Virus record (IMG/VR): IMGVR_UViG_3300018868_001080
Length of the DNA: 64,000 bases
Reading direction: 5' to 3' (one strand)
From: a virus
The notes below the pieces were generated by a model. It searched no databases and had not been told where the DNA came from. It saw only the letters and a list, made by a program, of their open reading frames with translations. Positions 26,639 through 36,549 of the stretch are shown piece by piece; the first letter of the stretch is position 1; each line of letters starts with the position of its first letter. The position numbers and the translations under genes are program-made.

Positions 26639-28098
26639 TAAAGATTGATCTGGATGGTAAAAAGAACAAAGCTACTCTCACCGGGCTTTACTTTGATGAA
26701 ATAAGAGAGAATTTCTCTGTTAAGAACAAAGCTGCCGTATTCCTGAAGCGGTACGCCCGTTACATACCATCGCGCATTTACAGTATTACACCTACCGGCA
26801 GATTTGATCCATGCCTGACACTAGAACTACAGAAATTTTTTCTTGAAAAACAATATGCCTGCACCATTGAAATTTCCGAAGACATAAAGAAGATAATTAC
26901 ACCATCTGTTTATTCATGGCAACAGAATGCAAATTTTTCTCCTGTGCCTTACAAGTTGAAGTTAGATTTGCGTGATTATCAGGAGGAGATAGTCAAACAG
27001 TGCCTAGCCTCAGGCAGAGGCACAGTGGTACTTGCAACTGCTGGTGGCAAGACTCTTGTAATGGCTTCACTGATATCATCTGTGTACCGTTTTCACAATA
27101 GCAAATTCAAATGTCTGCTTGTGGTGCCAGATCGCGGTCTTGTGGAACAAACATTCAATGATTTTGTTGAATATGGTGTACCCTTGTCATTCTCCAAGTG
27201 GACAGGTGATAACAAGCTGGACCTCACTTCAAATATTATAATCGCCAACCTAGGCATACTGCATAGCAAGAATTCGAATTTGTCTTGGCTAGAAAATATT
27301 GACATGGTGGTAGTGGATGAAGTGCATAAGATTAGAAAAGGAAAGGAAGTTAACAAGCTGCTAGCCCTGATCAAGACACCGCACAAATTTGGCTTCACTG
27401 GAACCTTGCCTGAGGAGAAAGAGGACCAGTGGAATATTATTGGAAAGATTGGACCACTGTTGTATGAAAAGAATAGTTATGAACTACGAACTGAAAACTA
27501 TGTAAGTAATGCAAGCATACAAATGCTCAATATTTTCTATCAGACTGTGCCCAAGCGCAACAGTGGTAACTTCACACCCACTGATTTCTACAGGAAAGAG
27601 CTCGATTTTATCATTGATAATAAATTCAGGAACATACTGCTGTCGAAAATTGTAAACAAAGTTTCAAAGAACGTTCTCATCTTAATTGACTTCATCAAGC
27701 ATGGTGAAATACTTGAAGCTACTCTCAAGGCAAGCTGCCCTGGCAAAAAGATATTTTTTATTCGCGGTGAAGTTGAAGTGGAAGAAAGAGAGAGAATTAA
27801 GAGCATCATTGAAGCAGACAATGATGTGGTTGTGGTTGCCATTTCCAAGATATTTTCTACTGGTATCAATGTCAAGAATTTACACTACATCGTATTTGCA
27901 GGCGGTGGCAAAGCTAAGATTAAAACTGTTCAATCTATTGGTAGAGGTTTACGCTTGCATATTAACAAGGATAAGCTTATAATATTTGATATATCAGATC
28001 AGCTGTATTACGGTATACAGCATACTAGCAAAAGAAAACAAATTTATGAAAAAGAAAAAATCCAATACAACACCACCGATATCTACGAAAAAGCCTAA
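26635..28098 (+). CDS. uvsW: UvsW SF2 helicase
   Basis: LRDYQ, ATAGGKT, DEVH, GFTGT, QSIGRGLR. Confidence 0.93.
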   Translation: MIKIDLDGKKNKATLTGLYFDEIRENFSVKNKAAVFLKRYARYIPSRIYSITPTGRFDPCLTLELQKFFLEKQYACTIEISEDIKKIITPSVYSWQQNANFSPVPYKLKLDLRDYQEEIVKQCLASGRGTVVLATAGGKTLVMASLISSVYRFHNSKFKCLLVVPDRGLVEQTFNDFVEYGVPLSFSKWTGDNKLDLTSNIIIANLGILHSKNSNLSWLENIDMVVVDEVHKIRKGKEVNKLLALIKTPHKFGFTGTLPEEKEDQWNIIGKIGPLLYEKNSYELRTENYVSNASIQMLNIFYQTVPKRNSGNFTPTDFYRKELDFIIDNKFRNILLSKIVNKVSKNVLILIDFIKHGEILEATLKASCPGKKIFFIRGEVEVEERERIKSIIEADNDVVVVAISKIFSTGINVKNLHYIVFAGGGKAKIKTVQSIGRGLRLHINKDKLIIFDISDQLYYGIQHTSKRKQIYEKEKIQYNTTDIYEKA

Positions 28099-28552
28099 AA
28101 AAGATAAACCTTTTTATGTTAGTCCCAAGGAATTTGAGGCAGAGATTACTATCTATTACAACACTGGCAACATGTCCATCAATCTGGGCGAATCAATTAC
28201 CAAGATTGCCAATGGCTTGAGCTATGCCCCTAACTTTATCAACTACACTTACAAGGATGACATGATTGGCGATGCAATTGTGAAGATGTTTTCTGCTTTA
28301 AAAAATAAGAAGTTCAGATTAAACAGCGGGTTCAGCCCCTTTTCTTACTTTACAACAATTGCTTTCCATGCCTTCATCAACAGAATTAAAAAAGAAAAGA
28401 AGCACCATGCTGCAATCAATGATTACAGGGAAAAGGTGTACACTGATTTGATTCATTCTTGCCCGGGCGGTGAACACATATACGTTAAACCAACTGACAA
28501 CCCTCATACAGATGATGGTGAGAACGGTGTGTACAGTAATTTGAATGGTTAA
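28046..28552 (+). CDS. gp55: late-transcription sigma factor
   Basis: IANGLSYAPNFINYTYKDDMIGDA and PFSYFTTIAFHAFINRIKKEKK; adjacent to gp47. Confidence 0.9.
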   Translation: MKKKKSNTTPPISTKKPKKDKPFYVSPKEFEAEITIYYNTGNMSINLGESITKIANGLSYAPNFINYTYKDDMIGDAIVKMFSALKNKKFRLNSGFSPFSYFTTIAFHAFINRIKKEKKHHAAINDYREKVYTDLIHSCPGGEHIYVKPTDNPHTDDGENGVYSNLNG

Positions 28553-29597
28553 GCTTAATAACAAGAAAATATGCTGCTTTTCTGATGTACATATTGGTGT
28601 ACACCAGAATAATGTCTTTTGGTATAATGTTGCCCAAAAATTCTTTACTTGGGTAGCACAAGAACTCAAGAGTAGACAGATTGAAGATATCATCATTTGT
28701 GGTGATTTGTTTCACTACCGGGATGAAATCTCTGTGCACACCATTCACCTTGCATCACAGCTCTTGGCAGAATTAAAAGACTTCAACATCATAATGCTGG
28801 TCGGTAATCATGATGCTTACTACAAGGACCGGTCTGATGTAAATTCTCTAACACCGTTTGCAGGATGGCCCAACATACGCGTCATTTCCCAAGCTACTTC
28901 GTCTTTTAATTTCAACAGAGAACTTTCTTTTATACCATGGGGCACAGATCCTAAGCTTCTGCCTGATAGTGAAGTGATGTTTGGCCACTTTGAAATTGAA
29001 ACATTCAAGATGAACAGCCATAAAATATGTGAACGCGGCATCAAAGCATCACAATTACTCGACAAGGCTAAACTTGTTATCTCAGGACATTTTCACCTCA
29101 AAGATGAACGCAAATATGCTGAAGGCACAATTCTCTATTTAGGAAGCCCTTACCAGATGGATTTTGGTGATGTGGAGAGCCAAAAAGGTATCCACATATT
29201 GGACCTCAACACTTTAAAATATGAGTTTGTTGAGAATGATAACTACCCCAAGCATAAAAAAATTCTTTTATCAGATCTTATTAAAGAAGAGGGATTCACA
29301 GATAAAGTTAAAGATGAGTTTAAGGATAATATAGTTAAATTTATTGTTGATAAGAATATTACTGCAGATGAGATTGATTTATTGCTTGAAAAATTATCCA
29401 CGCTTAACCCCTTGTCAATTAATGTAGACTATGCTGTTAATTTCAATAAGTTTTCTGTGCAGAATGATCCAAACTGTGATTTGTCAGGGGTGAACATACC
29501 CAAGGCTATTGAAGAATTTGTAAACATGCTTGATGATATTAACAACAAGCAAGAGATTATAGAGTATACAACAGAGTTGTTTAAAAGGGTCAAATGA
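28545..29597 (+). CDS. gp47: recombination endonuclease subunit (Mre11/SbcD-like)
   Basis: SDVHIG, GDLFH, GNHD, SGHFH. Confidence 0.92.
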   Translation: MVKLNNKKICCFSDVHIGVHQNNVFWYNVAQKFFTWVAQELKSRQIEDIIICGDLFHYRDEISVHTIHLASQLLAELKDFNIIMLVGNHDAYYKDRSDVNSLTPFAGWPNIRVISQATSSFNFNRELSFIPWGTDPKLLPDSEVMFGHFEIETFKMNSHKICERGIKASQLLDKAKLVISGHFHLKDERKYAEGTILYLGSPYQMDFGDVESQKGIHILDLNTLKYEFVENDNYPKHKKILLSDLIKEEGFTDKVKDEFKDNIVKFIVDKNITADEIDLLLEKLSTLNPLSINVDYAVNFNKFSVQNDPNCDLSGVNIPKAIEEFVNMLDDINNKQEIIEYTTELFKRVK

Positions 29598-31399
29598 AGA
29601 AAATCATATTCAAAAAGATCTCTGTAAAAAACTTTCTATCTGTGGGCAGTGAACCGGTAGTCATTGACTTCAAATCAGGTTTGCACATCATTACAGGTCT
29701 TAACAAGGACAAGGAAGATCGCCGCAATGGTGTAGGCAAGTCAACTATTGCAGATGCCATATACTTTGCTATCTTTGGTGACACATTAAGAGAGCTCAAG
29801 AAAGAACATATTGTTAACAACACCAACAGAGAGAATTGTGAGATTATATTAGATTTTGATATTGAAGGATTTGAGCACAAGGATGAATACAAGATTGTAA
29901 GAATGCTGGAACCTTCACGGTGTTACATCTATAAGAATGGTGAAGACAAGACACGAGACAGTATTGTCAATACTACTGAATACATCTTCAAGAAGATCAA
30001 TTGCTCTCCAGATATTTTCCAAAATTGCGTAATAATGACAGTCAATAACACTGTACCTTTCATGGCAAAAAAGAAGATTGAAAAGCGTAAGTTTATTGAA
30101 GGTATCTTTAATCTAGAAGTGTTCGGTACCATGTTGCAACAACTACGAGAAGAGTACAACGAATCAAAGAAGAATTTTGACATTGAATCTACTAAATGTG
30201 TTGAAATTGAAAGCAACCTGGCATCACAGGTAGCTGCAAGTGAAGCTTACAACAAAGAGCGTGACGTCAAGAGACAGAAGTATATTACCCGCAAAGAAAA
30301 CAACACAAAGGAATTGCAGAGTTTGAGTGAGAATGCCAAGGAGTTTGCTGTGCTGGATGTCAAGAAGATAGAGAAGGATATAGATGCTCTTACTGCAAAA
30401 GCACAGAAGATTGATCAAGAGGTCATTGCATTGCGCGACAAAACATCATCTTACAAGACACAGATTGAATTGAAGGAAAAAACACACAAACATATTGGAA
30501 CAGACAAAGATGTGTGTCCAACATGTCTGCGTGGTTTGGAAGATAAAGACAGGCACAACATCAAAGAAGAGAAGCAAAAAATTAAGCAAGACATCAGCAA
30601 TTTTGAGAGCAAGATAGCTAGCAATCTCAAGAAAGAAGAAGAGTCTTCTGCTCTGGAGCTCAAGCTTTATGGAGCAGTGGACAGCTTGAAGAGCAAAATA
30701 AATAGTTTTAATCTTGAGCAAAAAGAGCTTGAAAATATTAAGCTCAGAATCAATCAATTAAACCTGTGGCAGAAAGAGTTAGACGTGGATTTAGCTGAAG
30801 TTAGCAAAGCCAATAATCAACACAATGCGAATATAGAAGCAATTACAAAGCGATTGGAAGAAGTAAAAACCTTGCTTGAGAAAACAAAAATGCATCTCAA
30901 CATGCTTGATGCAGTAAAATTTGTTTTATCAGAAGAGGGTGTGAAGTCTTATATTGTAAAGAAGATTTTGCAGTTGTTCAATAGCAAATTGGCTTACTAC
31001 TTAAAAAAGATGGATGCCAATTGCATTTGCATATTCAACGAATACTTTGAAGAAGAGATCATTGATGAAAAAGGCAAACCATGCTCTTACTTTAATTTTA
31101 GTGGTGCAGAGCGCAAGAATATAGACTTGGCATGCCTGTTTGCTTTCATGGACATCAGACGTTTGCAAGGCAATGTGGCGTTTAATTTCAGTGTGTATGA
31201 TGAATTGTTTGATTCATCTTTGGATGAAAAAGGAGTGGAGCTGGTGTTAGGTATTTTGAGAGAAAGAATTGAAAAGTACAACGAATGTATCATGGTGATC
31301 AGTCATCGCAAAGAGAGTGTTAAATTTGCTTCTGGTGATATTATCTACTTGGAAAAGAAAAACGGAATCACCAAGCGAGTAGAGTACAGCGACTATTAA
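29594..31399 (+). CDS. gp46: recombination ATPase subunit (Rad50/SbcC-like)
   Basis: KNFLSVG, NGVGKST, CPTC zinc hook, FSGAE, DELFDSSLD. Confidence 0.93.
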   Translation: MKKIIFKKISVKNFLSVGSEPVVIDFKSGLHIITGLNKDKEDRRNGVGKSTIADAIYFAIFGDTLRELKKEHIVNNTNRENCEIILDFDIEGFEHKDEYKIVRMLEPSRCYIYKNGEDKTRDSIVNTTEYIFKKINCSPDIFQNCVIMTVNNTVPFMAKKKIEKRKFIEGIFNLEVFGTMLQQLREEYNESKKNFDIESTKCVEIESNLASQVAASEAYNKERDVKRQKYITRKENNTKELQSLSENAKEFAVLDVKKIEKDIDALTAKAQKIDQEVIALRDKTSSYKTQIELKEKTHKHIGTDKDVCPTCLRGLEDKDRHNIKEEKQKIKQDISNFESKIASNLKKEEESSALELKLYGAVDSLKSKINSFNLEQKELENIKLRINQLNLWQKELDVDLAEVSKANNQHNANIEAITKRLEEVKTLLEKTKMHLNMLDAVKFVLSEEGVKSYIVKKILQLFNSKLAYYLKKMDANCICIFNEYFEEEIIDEKGKPCSYFNFSGAERKNIDLACLFAFMDIRRLQGNVAFNFSVYDELFDSSLDEKGVELVLGILRERIEKYNECIMVISHRKESVKFASGDIIYLEKKNGITKRVEYSDY

Positions 31400-32277
31400 T
31401 CGTAAGAGGTATAGTTTCTATCACCTATTGTGCTGGGAACCACTCTTTTTCCAAACTCTCTGCGTGCAATGTCTTCAATGTCTGGTTCAAGCCCAGGCTC
31501 CAGGACCACTGGTTCCTTAGTAGTGTCTTCTGGGTTAGCTAGCTTGTAGTAATCTGCAGTAAGATCCACAAAGTTCTGAAAATAGTCAAAATTATCGCTT
31601 TGGTCCACCTTAAAGAATTCATCCTTCTCCTTCTTATCAAGCATGTCTTCTGCCGCACTACGCGCAGCTGTTGTGATCTGCTTCTTTAATTCATCAGGGT
31701 TGCTGGTGTTGAAAGAATCTGGCAGCTCATCATACACTCTGGGGCTTATCTTGTCATACTTACCAAAATTGGGTGTACCTGTTCGAGTGTAAACACCTTC
31801 AACTTCTGCTGCAGCACTCTTGCCTGCAACATCTTCATTCTTTGCACCAGCTTCCACTGCCTTGGTGACTGCCACAGGTGAAGCTGCTGATCCACCCTCA
31901 CCATCTGTGCGGATTACATTGAGTAAATTGTCTGCAATACGCGCAGTGTACACTGCCTGTGTCTTGCCAATCTTGAGCTCATTCTTAATGAGATTGATTA
32001 ATTCCACGCGAAACTTATCCTTACTACCTGGGTAATACAATTGATATTCTACACCATCCACTGTGTGTGCAGCAGGCTTGAATAGCTTGGTCTTAACTGC
32101 ATCAATTACCCCTCTGACTTGATCATCAGTTAACCCCTTAAATCCATAACCGCCACTGGCTCCTTTGCGTGGATCAGATGCAAACCCCAGGTCCTCTGGT
32201 CCTAACACCGGTATCTCACTGATCAACTGTGATTGGTTATATGCTTCGAAGATTAACTTTGAGTCTTTGTTATTCAT
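31396..32277 (-). CDS. hypothetical late protein
   Basis: TAAATA (32286-32291) 8 nt before ATG 32277; begins MNNKDSKLIFEAY. Confidence 0.6.
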   Translation of the reverse strand: MNNKDSKLIFEAYNQSQLISEIPVLGPEDLGFASDPRKGASGGYGFKGLTDDQVRGVIDAVKTKLFKPAAHTVDGVEYQLYYPGSKDKFRVELINLIKNELKIGKTQAVYTARIADNLLNVIRTDGEGGSAASPVAVTKAVEAGAKNEDVAGKSAAAEVEGVYTRTGTPNFGKYDKISPRVYDELPDSFNTSNPDELKKQITTAARSAAEDMLDKKEKDEFFKVDQSDNFDYFQNFVDLTADYYKLANPEDTTKEPVVLEPGLEPDIEDIARREFGKRVVPSTIGDRNYTSYD

Positions 32278-32279
32278 GC

Positions 32280-32307
32280 TTGAATTATTTATTCTTTGTA
32301 CTAATAT
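32280..32307 (+). promoter_or_regulatory. sigma70-like promoter TTGAAT-N16-TAATAT
   Basis: 5 nt before ATG 32313. Confidence 0.6.
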
Positions 32308-32312
32308 ATTTA

Positions 32313-33530
32313 ATGGTCTCGCCCTTTGCTTCACCCTTCGCACCATCCTTTCCACAGCCCTATAACATCATGCCCGCAGGCATGCCTTCTGCTCCACAGC
32401 AAATGCCAGCTGTGCCACCTGAAGCTAATCTGCCACGTGCCATCAATTATCTTGCAGATTACAGTGGTTGCGGTTTTTGGCGATTAATTTGGCCAGGTCA
32501 CTTGTTGTGTGCACACCAGAAGGCTATTGTACATGCATCCACAGTGATGTGCTTTGATCCTCGCTGGTATAGCAACACTCAAGCAATTAGAATTCAAAGA
32601 CAGGCAACGAGTCAGCAGAGACAGTTCTTCGAATTTCTCAAAAAACTCAGCGGCGAGATGGGATTCAGAATGATATATGAAATAGATGACATCATGCTGC
32701 ATGAAGACATACCTGATTACAACAAGTTCAAACCAGCCTTTAAGAACGAAGAAATTAGAAACAATGCAATATCCATGATGAACATGTCAGATGAAGTCAC
32801 TGTCACCTGTGATTTCATGAAAGACTATTATATTAATAAAACTGGCAATAAGAATGTCACAGTGATACCCAACTTCCCACCCAAGTGGTGGATAGGACAT
32901 TTCTATAATGAAAAGAAGTTGAGCCAAGATTATGACAAGCACCGCAAGCGCCCTCGCATTTTATATGCTGGTTCTGGTGCACACTTTGATGTGGAGAACA
33001 GAGTCAATCAAGATGATGATTTCAGACATGTGCTGCAAGCCATTGTAAACACTCGACACAAGTATCAGTGGGTATTTTTAGGAGCGTTTCCTCTTGCATT
33101 GCAGCAATTTGTAAAGGATGGTACTTTAGAGTATCATCCATGGGAACTGCTGTATCAATACCCACAGAAAATCTACAATCTCAATATCAACATGATGGTT
33201 GCACCTCTGCAGGACAATAATTTTAACAAAGCCAAGAGTGACCTCAAGTATATTGAAGCATGCAGCTATGGCATCCCCATTGCTTGCCAAGATCTCTGTA
33301 CATATTCTAGCGCTCCATTTAAATTCAAGACAGGCGATGAAATGATTCAGAGGATTGATGAAGTGTTGGAGAAGAAATCCAAGTACATGACACACTGTCA
33401 GCATGCCAGAGCATATGCTGAAACACGGTGGCTAGAGAACGAGGACAACATTAACATGTATCAAGAGCTTTACACCTTACCCTATGGGCACAAGGACAGG
33501 AAGCTGCTTAATAAAATTAATGGCTTGTAA
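32313..33530 (+). CDS. GT-B fold (GT4-like) glycosyltransferase
   Basis: SGCGFWR, YEIDD, APLQDNNFNKAKSDLKYIEA. Confidence 0.75.
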   Translation: MVSPFASPFAPSFPQPYNIMPAGMPSAPQQMPAVPPEANLPRAINYLADYSGCGFWRLIWPGHLLCAHQKAIVHASTVMCFDPRWYSNTQAIRIQRQATSQQRQFFEFLKKLSGEMGFRMIYEIDDIMLHEDIPDYNKFKPAFKNEEIRNNAISMMNMSDEVTVTCDFMKDYYINKTGNKNVTVIPNFPPKWWIGHFYNEKKLSQDYDKHRKRPRILYAGSGAHFDVENRVNQDDDFRHVLQAIVNTRHKYQWVFLGAFPLALQQFVKDGTLEYHPWELLYQYPQKIYNLNINMMVAPLQDNNFNKAKSDLKYIEACSYGIPIACQDLCTYSSAPFKFKTGDEMIQRIDEVLEKKSKYMTHCQHARAYAETRWLENEDNINMYQELYTLPYGHKDRKLLNKINGL

Positions 33531-33552
33531 TAGCTAGTTATTCATTTATTAT
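33525..33552 (+). promoter_or_regulatory. sigma70-like promoter TTGTAA-N16-TATTAT
   Basis: 6 nt before the gp43 GTG. Confidence 0.55.
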
Positions 33553-33558
33553 CAATCT

Positions 33559-36135
33559 GTGTACAGAAACGCTGTCTATCTACCTAAAAATGAATGTGTA
33601 CGTGTGTATACATGGGACGCAGATGGTAAGAGAACCTTTTATGATGCCACATACAGGCCATATCTGTACATAGAGAGCAACAATGCATCTGACTTGAAGT
33701 CAATCTTCAACACCAACATCAAGAAGATTTCTTTTAAAACTCAATATGACCGCAATGAATATATTAAGCGTGGCGCTACACGCATATTTGAGAACACACC
33801 ACCCATACAGCAGCACTTGATTGATTCATATTGGGAAAAGAACGAAGACAAGGACTTTGGTAAAGACCCTCTCAAATTGTATTTGCTTGACATCGAGACA
33901 TATAGTCCGGATGAATTTCCTATACCAGAGCAAGCTAAACATACCATCAACATCATCACAGTGTATGACTCGTTGCAACAGCATTACTATTCTTGGGGAC
34001 TTAAGCCATACACCAAGAAGGTACAAAACATCACATACATAAAGTGTGACAGTGAGAGTGAATTGCTTAAGAAATTTATTAATTTCATTGAAATGGATCA
34101 CCCAGATATCTTGTCTGGGTGGAACTGCGAGTTCTTTGACATACCTTACATTATTAACAGGATAAAAAATATACTGGGTGATGAAGAAGTGTTGAGACTT
34201 TCACCGGTGTTGAAATTGTATCCCAGATCCATCCGCGGCAAATATGGTCAAGATCAAGTGAGATGGCACATAGAAGGCATATCTGTCATTGATTATTTGG
34301 ACATTTACAAAAGATTTTGCATGGTGCAAAGAGAGAGTTATAAGCTTGATAATATTGCGCAAATTGAATTGAATGAAACAAAGGTGGATTATGGTGACAC
34401 CAATCTCTCCTCACTTGCAGATGATAACTGGGATCTGTTTGTGGATTACAACATACAAGACGTAAAGATTCTAGTTAAACTGGAAGACAAGCTGCGATAT
34501 CTTGAATTGCTTCGCATGATAGCATACACTGGACTCACCACATTTGAGGCTGCAATGGGTTCACTCTCTGTGATAACTGGTGCTACTGCCATTCGCGCCA
34601 GATACAGACAGCAAAGAATACCTACTTTCATCAGGAATGATGACAACAAGACAAAGAATCCTGGTGCTTATGTGAGTGAGCCACAGCAAGGCTTCCAGGA
34701 GCACATTGTTTCATTTGATGCAAACAGTCTGTATCCTAACACAATGATTTCTCTGAATCTGTCTCCAGAGACCAAGATGGGCAAAATTGAAAATATCGAT
34801 AAAGAAACAGGCAATGTGCTCTTTCGCGATGTTAATGGCGTATCATTCACTCTCTCCAAGGAAAATTTCGCTCAGCTCATCAAAAAAGAGCAGCTATCAA
34901 TATCAAGATCCAAAGTTCTTTTTTCTCAGAAAAAGAAAGGCATAATTCCAGAGATTGTGGACAACTATTATTCACAACGCGTTGAGATCAAGCATGAGCT
35001 TAAGAAGCTCAAGAAAACTCTTGCAACTCTCGACAAGAATAGTGAAGAGTATAATCATACTCAAGCTGAAGTTAACAGATTGAACATCAAGCAGCACACA
35101 ATAAAGATTTTTATCAATACAATTTATGGATACTTTGGCAACAAACATGCCCCCATTGGTGATGATGATTTGGCTTCATCCATAACTCTCACCGGTCAAG
35201 CTGTAATCAAGCAGTGCAATGAATTGATTCGAGATTTCATCAAACTAAAAACCAATGCCGCTGAACTTCCAGCTGATCCTGTGATATACAATGACACAGA
35301 CAGTGTGTACATCACACTTAAAAACTTGGTGAACAATCTCAAGATCACTGTTTCAGATAAAAATGGCCACATAACAGCAGAGTATCATGAGCTTGTGGAT
35401 GAGTTGGAAGCTTATCTCAACAAACATATAACCAAATGGGGTACCGATTCATTAAATTCCAAGGATTGCCGATTTGTCTTCAAGCGCGAAGCAATTGCAG
35501 ATGTTGGCATTTTCCTACAGAAAAAAAGATACATTCTTCACCTGCTTGATGAAGAAGGTATTGCCTGTGACAAATTCAAATACACAGGTGTGGAGGTGGT
35601 CAGAACTACCATGCCCAGACCCATCAAGCCACATGTCAAGAAGATCATGACCACCATGTTAATGTCAAGAAATCAGAGTGAAACCAACAAGGTTTTAAAT
35701 GAAACTTATGAAATATTCAAGAACCTGCCTCTGCAGGACATATCCTTTGTGTCTGGCATTAAGAACTATGAAAAATATGCAGCACAGTGTGATAATTTTA
35801 AAGTAGTCAAGGGCATGCCCAATCATGTCAAAGCTGCTTATTACTATAATCTTTTGTTGCAGAAATTAAACATTGATAAAAAGTATGAAAAAATTAATTC
35901 TGGTGACAAAATAAGATTTTTTTATGTGCGCAAGCCCAATGCATACGGTCTCACATCCATTGCCTTCAAGCACTACTATCCAAAGGAATTTACTAATATT
36001 TTTGAGCCTGATTATGAGCTCATGTTCAATAAGATCGTTTTCAGTGCAATAGAAAGACTGTATGATGCAGTGCAATGGAAGGCGATAGAGCCTGGACAAC
36101 AAGTGCAGTGCGATTTATTTGAATTATTATCTTGA
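33559..36135 (+). CDS. gp43: family B DNA polymerase
   Basis: DIET, GWNCEFFD, SFDANSLYP, KIFINTIYG, YNDTDS, KKRY. Confidence 0.97.
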   Translation: MYRNAVYLPKNECVRVYTWDADGKRTFYDATYRPYLYIESNNASDLKSIFNTNIKKISFKTQYDRNEYIKRGATRIFENTPPIQQHLIDSYWEKNEDKDFGKDPLKLYLLDIETYSPDEFPIPEQAKHTINIITVYDSLQQHYYSWGLKPYTKKVQNITYIKCDSESELLKKFINFIEMDHPDILSGWNCEFFDIPYIINRIKNILGDEEVLRLSPVLKLYPRSIRGKYGQDQVRWHIEGISVIDYLDIYKRFCMVQRESYKLDNIAQIELNETKVDYGDTNLSSLADDNWDLFVDYNIQDVKILVKLEDKLRYLELLRMIAYTGLTTFEAAMGSLSVITGATAIRARYRQQRIPTFIRNDDNKTKNPGAYVSEPQQGFQEHIVSFDANSLYPNTMISLNLSPETKMGKIENIDKETGNVLFRDVNGVSFTLSKENFAQLIKKEQLSISRSKVLFSQKKKGIIPEIVDNYYSQRVEIKHELKKLKKTLATLDKNSEEYNHTQAEVNRLNIKQHTIKIFINTIYGYFGNKHAPIGDDDLASSITLTGQAVIKQCNELIRDFIKLKTNAAELPADPVIYNDTDSVYITLKNLVNNLKITVSDKNGHITAEYHELVDELEAYLNKHITKWGTDSLNSKDCRFVFKREAIADVGIFLQKKRYILHLLDEEGIACDKFKYTGVEVVRTTMPRPIKPHVKKIMTTMLMSRNQSETNKVLNETYEIFKNLPLQDISFVSGIKNYEKYAAQCDNFKVVKGMPNHVKAAYYYNLLLQKLNIDKKYEKINSGDKIRFFYVRKPNAYGLTSIAFKHYYPKEFTNIFEPDYELMFNKIVFSAIERLYDAVQWKAIEPGQQVQCDLFELLS

Positions 36136-36159
36136 TTTTTATGAATGTTATTATAAAAT
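36132..36159 (+). promoter_or_regulatory. sigma70-like promoter TTGATT-N16-TAAAAT
   Basis: 6 nt before ATG 36166. Confidence 0.65.
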
Positions 36160-36165
36160 TTATAT

Positions 36166-36549
36166 ATGAGCAAAACATTAAACATTACTACATTTGTTGA
36201 CCATATTGGTCGCGTTATTCTTGGTGAAGTTGTATCCGATACAAAGGAGACACTCAAGATTAAAAACCCTGCAATTGTCCATATTGGACAGAATCAGCAG
36301 ACTAACCAGATCCAGGTGCAAACTATTCCCTACTTCTTCAGGGAATTTGTCGCAGCCAGTGCACAAAAGGAAGGTACAACTTGGAATTTTAGCAAAGACA
36401 AGATTGTCACTGGTGAAGTGGAGCTTGACTCCAGACTCATTGAACAATATAAAAATCTCTTCAATAGCACTGTTATGCCTGCGCCTGCACCACAGCAAAG
36501 AACTGCAGCTGTAGATAAAGCAGAAGTTATCAAGCTGTTTGACGAATAA
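36166..36549 (+). CDS. hypothetical protein (small beta fold)
   Basis: Between gp43 and uvsX; TAATG overlap with uvsX. Confidence 0.6.
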   Translation: MSKTLNITTFVDHIGRVILGEVVSDTKETLKIKNPAIVHIGQNQQTNQIQVQTIPYFFREFVAASAQKEGTTWNFSKDKIVTGEVELDSRLIEQYKNLFNSTVMPAPAPQQRTAAVDKAEVIKLFDE

